Shown here in pieces: positions 58,625-64,000 of a stretch of 64,000 bases of DNA. Under the pieces are notes generated by a model. That model made no database searches. It saw nothing but the letters and a program-made list of their open reading frames with translations, and was not told where the DNA came from. Source of the DNA: Gordius albopunctatus. Its lineage: Eukaryota. How positions within the stretch are numbered: position 1 is the stretch's first letter; each line of letters begins with the position of its first letter. The stretch lies in assembly GCA_964276515.1 (NCBI GenBank), contig OZ193910.1, forward strand, positions 5,084,001 to 5,148,000. Direction: 5' to 3'. Both the position numbers and the translations under genes were made by a program.

Positions 58625-58829
58625 GTAATAAAATAGATTTCCTTAGTCCCTACTGGTCTCGTCGCCGTAACTGGTCAATATGCCTCCAAAATTCCTTACC
58701 GTCTTCTATCGTCACTCGACACCTTATGTAATAAAATAGATTTCCTTAGTCCCTACGGGTCTCGCCGCCGTAACTGGTCAATATGCCTCCAAAATTCCTT
58801 ACCGTCTTCTATCGTCACTCGACACCTTA
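58625..58829 (+). repeat. Tandem duplication of ~103 bp of the integrase tail
   Basis: TGTAATAAAATAGATTTCCTTAGTCCC...CGACACCTTA twice, two mismatches seen. Confidence 0.9.
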
Positions 58830-58830
58830 C

Positions 58831-60017
58831 TAGTGATGCGGAAAAACCGAGACAAATCTCGGTCTCGTCTCGTCTCGAAAAACCGAGACGAGACGAGACG
58901 AGATTTTATCGGCGAGATCTCGACTTTAATTTTTATTTTTTACTATTAAGTTAAATTTAACTATTTAAAAAACTTATTTCATGAAATTTAAATTTAGGAT
59001 ATTAAATGAAATTAATATGATTTTGAACTTTTGATTTTAAATTACTTACGCACCTAATTATCCGCTTCGCGCTAATTTCAAATTTATAGTATAATCTTAT
59101 TAAAACATTAACATAGTGTTATTCGAAGAAGTAATTATGTATTTATTTAGCTTATATAATATGAAAATTTTAGACGATGAGTTTTTCCCCAGCATGCAAT
59201 TTAAAAAAGAACAAGCTACTGAAACATTTCACAATATCCAAAGAGGAATCAAATAAAAAGGGGAAATGTAAATTCTGTTCCAAAGAAATAAAAATGACAG
59301 ATAGCAATACTTCAGGTCTTCAACGACATCTAAAACGTTACCATCATAAGGATTATTATACATTAAGTCAATATTTTGTTATATATAATGGGATGCCACA
59401 CCATAATAGAATTGTTTAAATTTTCTAAATAAACGTTACTTAATTATATATGTGCAATAACCTAAGATATCAAAACTTTTATGTTCTTCCAACAATATGG
59501 CTATTTTATTGTATTTACGATATTCATATAATTACTTGTTATAAATGATAATGTTTTAAAAAGTTACTCTCGCATTTTTTTCATTATTTGTACTCTATTA
59601 TTTAAAATTTCAATAAATTCATTATGTTAAAGTATGATGATATTAAACTTTATTTTATTGAGCCTTACCCAGGACATAAAATTTATTAATTAGCAGCCTT
59701 ATACCTTTGAGTCAATTAGTATATAACACCTATATTATATTGCTTCCTACCTTAAGTTACTCAAGCTTCTGTTTTGAGATTCAAGTTAAAAAATACGTCT
59801 ATTTTGACAAATTTATACCTTATATAATAATTTATAAGAAAAAAATATATGTTATTATAATTATTTTTAAAAGTCGAGACGAGACGAGAATTCTCGTCGA
59901 GACGAGATCGAGATTTTTCTAGGCCGAGACGAGACGAGATCGAGATTCTAATAATCCCACCCGAGACGAGACGAGATTTTGGTTTCGAGATCGAGATGAG
60001 ACGAGATCGAAACACTA
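58831..60017 (+). mobile_element. Non-autonomous hAT element retaining a BED zinc finger
   Basis: Imperfect TIR TAGTGATGCG / CGAAACACTA; perfect 8-bp TSD CACCTTAC (58823-58830, 60018-60025); CGAGA pentamer arrays at both ends; ORF 59177-59419 CKFC...SNTSGLQRHLKRYH. Confidence 0.88.
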
Positions 60018-60839
60018 CACCTTACCCCTCCTTCTACGGCGATCACTAACCCCTTTACCCACTTACTCGGACCTTGATACATTTTAACCCAAATGGTATC
60101 CCCTAATTTAAAGCGGGCTGCCCTACCTAAATAACTCCTTCCCTCTACCCTTCTCAACTCGTCTAGCCATATCCTCCCTCGTCATCCCATGAATCTCGAT
60201 GACGGGGACTGGCCATCTCCTCCCTTCGCGTTATTATACATTAACTTCATCTGCCACTGCTCGGATGTCCCCCTTTTCTCCTTAAGAATCTACCCTTTAA
60301 CTACTCCCACCATTCTTTCCACCTGCCCGTTGGAACTGGGATGATAGGGTGGGGTGATAATATGTTCTATCCCTTGACTTCCACAAAATTCTTTAAACTT
60401 TACGCTACTAAATGCTGGACCTCCGTCGGACACAATCAGTTTTGGTAATCCATATCGCGCCAATAGTCCTTTCAATATCCTTATTACAATCCGGGTCGAA
60501 CTTCCACTAACCTTTTCGTACTCTACCCATTTAGTACCGGCGTCCACCACGTTTACATCCTCCGCCCAAAGGGGGAATTATTTATTTGTTCTTTGCTGGG
60601 GATTATTTATTTGTACGAGATTTTTCACCAAATCTGTGATACTCCAAATACTAGTTTATTCACTCCAAAAATTATAATACAACTCCGGACAGGGTATATA
60701 ATTGAAGTATTTGGCAATAAGTTTTAACACCACAACAATAGCGCGGGAATATAATTTCTAGCGATTACAGGGGGGGGGGATTTGGTTTACAGTGGAGAAA
60801 TTTCCATTCTACGGGATAAAATCCTATTTCTCTGTTTCT

Positions 60840-61215
60840 CTCTGTCTTGTATCGATTTTGCTGGGACTTATATAGGTTTTTTTTCTTGGCCTGTATCTTT
60901 ATCTTTGAAACTTCTTTTCTTTTTGACCCATTTTACAGCGCCAATTTCGTGATGAATGGCCCTTCACTTCCAAGGCTTTTCCACGTCCTTTGGAATCCTA
61001 AGCTGACAGTTCTAGGTTTCCCCTACCTTTCTTATGCCAATTCAATATTTATTACCAGGTTATGTCATACCCTTGCTTCCTTCTGCTACTTCTTTCAGGC
61101 CAAGTCTTAATTTATAGCTGTAGTATCCTTGTACTAATATTTAACTACCAACCCAATTTCGGTAACCTTCCTTCTCCCTTCGTTTGTTTTTCCTCTTATC
61201 ACGTGCCCATACCTT
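60840..61215 (-). pseudogene. Possible RTE-like LINE ORF 3' end relic
   Basis: GHVIR...RKVTE...GKPRT...KDV resembles the post-RT C-terminus of RTE elements; heavily decayed. Confidence 0.3.
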
Positions 61216-61432
61216 ATAAGGGCTGGTTCCCTTTTTGAGAGTTTCTCATGGATATAACAGATAACAGTTACTTTTCTGAAGAAAAGGAACTCGATCCAGG
61301 AACTAATCACATGTAACTAGTTACTTAACAGCTCCAATTGTAAGACATTTTAACTCTTAAAATATCTAACGTAGCTAATCCCATTTTAGAAATTTAAGAT
61401 GTGATAACTGTATTAAAAAAAATTTAATTAAA

Positions 61433-62335
61433 TCTTATATATAAAAATGAACTATGTGTGTATGTATGTATACCGCCACAAATTTTGGAAAACTACCAGA
61501 CCGATTTGGCTCAAATTTTCACAGTTTATTCCCCACACTCCGGAGCATGTTTTAAGATATGTTCGAACCAAATTCGGTCCAGTAGTTTTTTAGTTAGTTC
61601 GTTTTATATGTTTTGCCGTTTAATAAGACGTCAATCAAACGCAACCTCATGACGTACTGCCTATCTAAATGAAACTATGTGTGTGCATGCGAGTAGGTAG
61701 GTTAGTGTGATAAATGTAGGCAGGCATGTGCTGCGGAAAATGGAAACTTTTTACGATTTGAAATATTAAATCAAAGCATGGGCGTACGCAGGTTTTGAAT
61801 TAAGGGGGGGGGCAGATTTAAAAAAAAAATTCTCGACTATCCAAAAATTTCCATGAGAGAAAAAAAGGTCTTCGACTACTAAATTCCTAAATTTTTCCTG
61901 AGACCCGCAGGGGGTAGCCGCCCTCCCTGCCCTCCCCTGACTAATTAGGGGGTAGTAAGGAGAAAAATGGAAATACAATTAACAAAGTGCCAATAAATGT
62001 TGATATATCTCACTTCTTCGGACATTATTAAGTTCAGAATTAAAAGTTTTATTCAGAAACAAATAATTATGATATTGTTTCTTAATTACAAAAAAATAAA
62101 AAAAATTGTTTGAAGCGCCAGGGGCCAAATATTTTTCCTTTGGGGGGGGGCATGGGGCCAGGTATTATCTCTTGGGTGGGCCTGGGCCTTGGACCCTCTT
62201 TAACTATTTGTTTGAAAATTATCAAACTTTATTTTTACTTCAATAACCGCTTTATCATCATATATGCCCTAAAATTCCAACATAATTTAATACACCCGGT
62301 TAAATGGCAAAACAACGTTTGCCGGGTTCATCTAG
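61433..62335 (+). mobile_element. Non-autonomous Helitron
   Basis: A|TCTTATATATAAAAATG start followed by (TGTA)n and GACCGATTTGGCTCAAATTTT; 3' hairpin GGCAAA-ACAACG-TTTGCC then GGGTTCATCTAG|T; no TSD. Confidence 0.8.
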
Positions 62336-64000
62336 TTAATGATAAATGTAAAAATCAAGTTTGATATTTTGCTAATTCATTCCTTTTCTTTACTAGCTTT
62401 TGGCAATCACCATTTTATAACGATTCCTTTTTCATTCCTAACTGAAAAGGGTATCAGCGCAGTTGATATTATCAAAAGTCGAAATAAGGTGGACATTTTA
62501 TTAGGTGATTAAAAGCTAGAGTCTGGTATCATTCATGTATCACGATATGAATTTATCACAACATATTTTTAAAATCGAGGTGAAGGAGCTAGCTCCAACT
62601 TCTTGCCCATAGCTGCTACCACCGCAAGCCTGGCATCCCCTGACTCACACCTTAGAACGGGACCCCTGGAGAATAAAATTTTGGACCGAGCCCAAAACAA
62701 AACAATTGTTTTAAATCAAGCGAAAGATATCGTTCACGGACATAAGTCCTCGACAGCACGCGGGCCTCGTTATTATGAGAGATGTGTTTGGACTCGTACA
62801 TACTTTTAATTTGTATTGGGCCATGCGGTTAATGATCAAATTTTAATTTGTTCATTACAGTAAGCTCAAATTTCTTTAGATGAAAATAGGATCGGAATAG
62901 AGGTGCAATGTAAGCACCAAAATTAAATGCTTTTTAGAGCGGAGGCACACTCATGCTTTAATTGAATTTGTAAATACCGCCTCACTAAATTAAATTTGCT
63001 TATTTAATTTATTCCACTTTCAGGCTTTATTTAATGAAATTTATAATTAGGAGGATTAAAATGAGCTTTTTATCATTAAACGTGATTATAAAAGGCTTGT
63101 TTAGGGCATTTAGTTACTTAAAGATACATAAGTATATAAAAAATGAAAAATTATAAAACACCTGGTTGTTGAGGCCCCCACCTGCTAAATATATTATAAA
63201 ATCAATATCGTATGCATCCTTGAACCAAATAAAATCTTAAGGGATTGCTTGAAAAAGCGTTAGCTCCAGTACTTTATATACCAGTTTATGCTTTAACATA
63301 CTTGAATCAGTTCGATATTATTTCTGTTTATATTATTTCGCTCTGTGTGATACCTCAATTTTAAGTGTTTTAGTTGTTGAGAATGCTACAGACTGATCTA
63401 TACGGTACAAAGATTGAAATAAAGATTTAGAAGGCAGGAAAATAATTATAAAGTCCTATTATTCTTAACAATTTCTTTTACATGTCTTTATAACACTTCG
63501 ACAATCGTCATAATCTACACAAATCTGTCCGCAAAAATGAAAATAGGAAACTTTTCTTTAAAAAATATTTTCTTAAAACTGTAATAAGATATAAAATAAT
63601 ACAAAATGTTTAAAATTAATAATATTTGAGGGGAGGAAAGGGAATAACAAACAAACTTCAGTTAAAAAGTATTAAAATCACAATAATTTCTTTCATCAGG
63701 CGAAAAAAGGCCCAAAGATTTAGAAAAACTAGTTAAAATTTCATAATCTAAATGTGTTTTCATAATGGGAAAGGACTTTGAGGAGGCTGCCTTCCTTTTT
63801 GTAAACTCTCCATAAAGATTACATTTTTTGACCATATAAGCAGAACTCGTCAGCAACAATCAAATTGTTAGAACTTAATGGATTAAACATGCTATTTATT
63901 GCACATTGTTGATCTGAAACAGCGACTTTTAATTTTAACATTAATTGCAATAATAAATTACGAAAATGAATTATAACAATGGCGGAATATATATTTATTA

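Larger units (their letters stand above)
57490..60550 (-). mobile_element. Decayed Mag-like Gypsy element: integrase core and tail, extra CCHC segment, PPT and LTR-like start
   Basis: IN core VDAGTKW...IVSDGGPAF...YHPSSNGQVERMV (60290-60550); tail FKLGDTIWV...VR|CRVTIEDGKEFWRHIDQLR rejoined across the hAT insert; purine tract GGAAGAAAGGAAGGAG then TG at 58278; ~58-bp repeat 58221-58278 also at 57489-57547. Confidence 0.7.

Noticed and set aside
63160..63860. Possible minus-strand gene (micro-exon GGGLNNQ, ORF 63662-63859)
   Set aside because: Motif too short and no consistent exon chain before the window end.

Overview
AT-rich eukaryotic (invertebrate-like metazoan) nuclear DNA with spliced genes, several introns of only 34-42 nt, and dense nested transposons. 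Host genes: a 7TM GPCR pseudogene broken by a hAT MITE, intronless SLC35F6-like and cytosolic sulfotransferase genes, an unknown multi-exon coiled-coil gene, a probable 2-exon 72-aa secreted peptide gene missing from the ORF track, a 9-exon APMAP/strictosidine-synthase-like gene and a multi-exon mitochondrial-type isoleucyl-tRNA synthetase. Mobile DNA: a young 2.6-kb LTR element (identical LTRs, GTATC TSD) whose single ORF keeps Gag capsid, protease and the integrase tail but lacks nucleocapsid knuckles, RT, RNase H and the integrase core; a near-intact CsRn1-clade Gypsy with TG...AA LTR ends nested in a CRE-like relic, inside a Helitron, inside a hAT element; DINE-1/Helentron-like elements with internal tandem arrays and tRNA-like segments; a long-TIR DD34E Tc1/IS630 element; many hAT and Harbinger-like MITEs; Helitrons and retroelement relics. 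All calls come from manual reading; no database searches were run.
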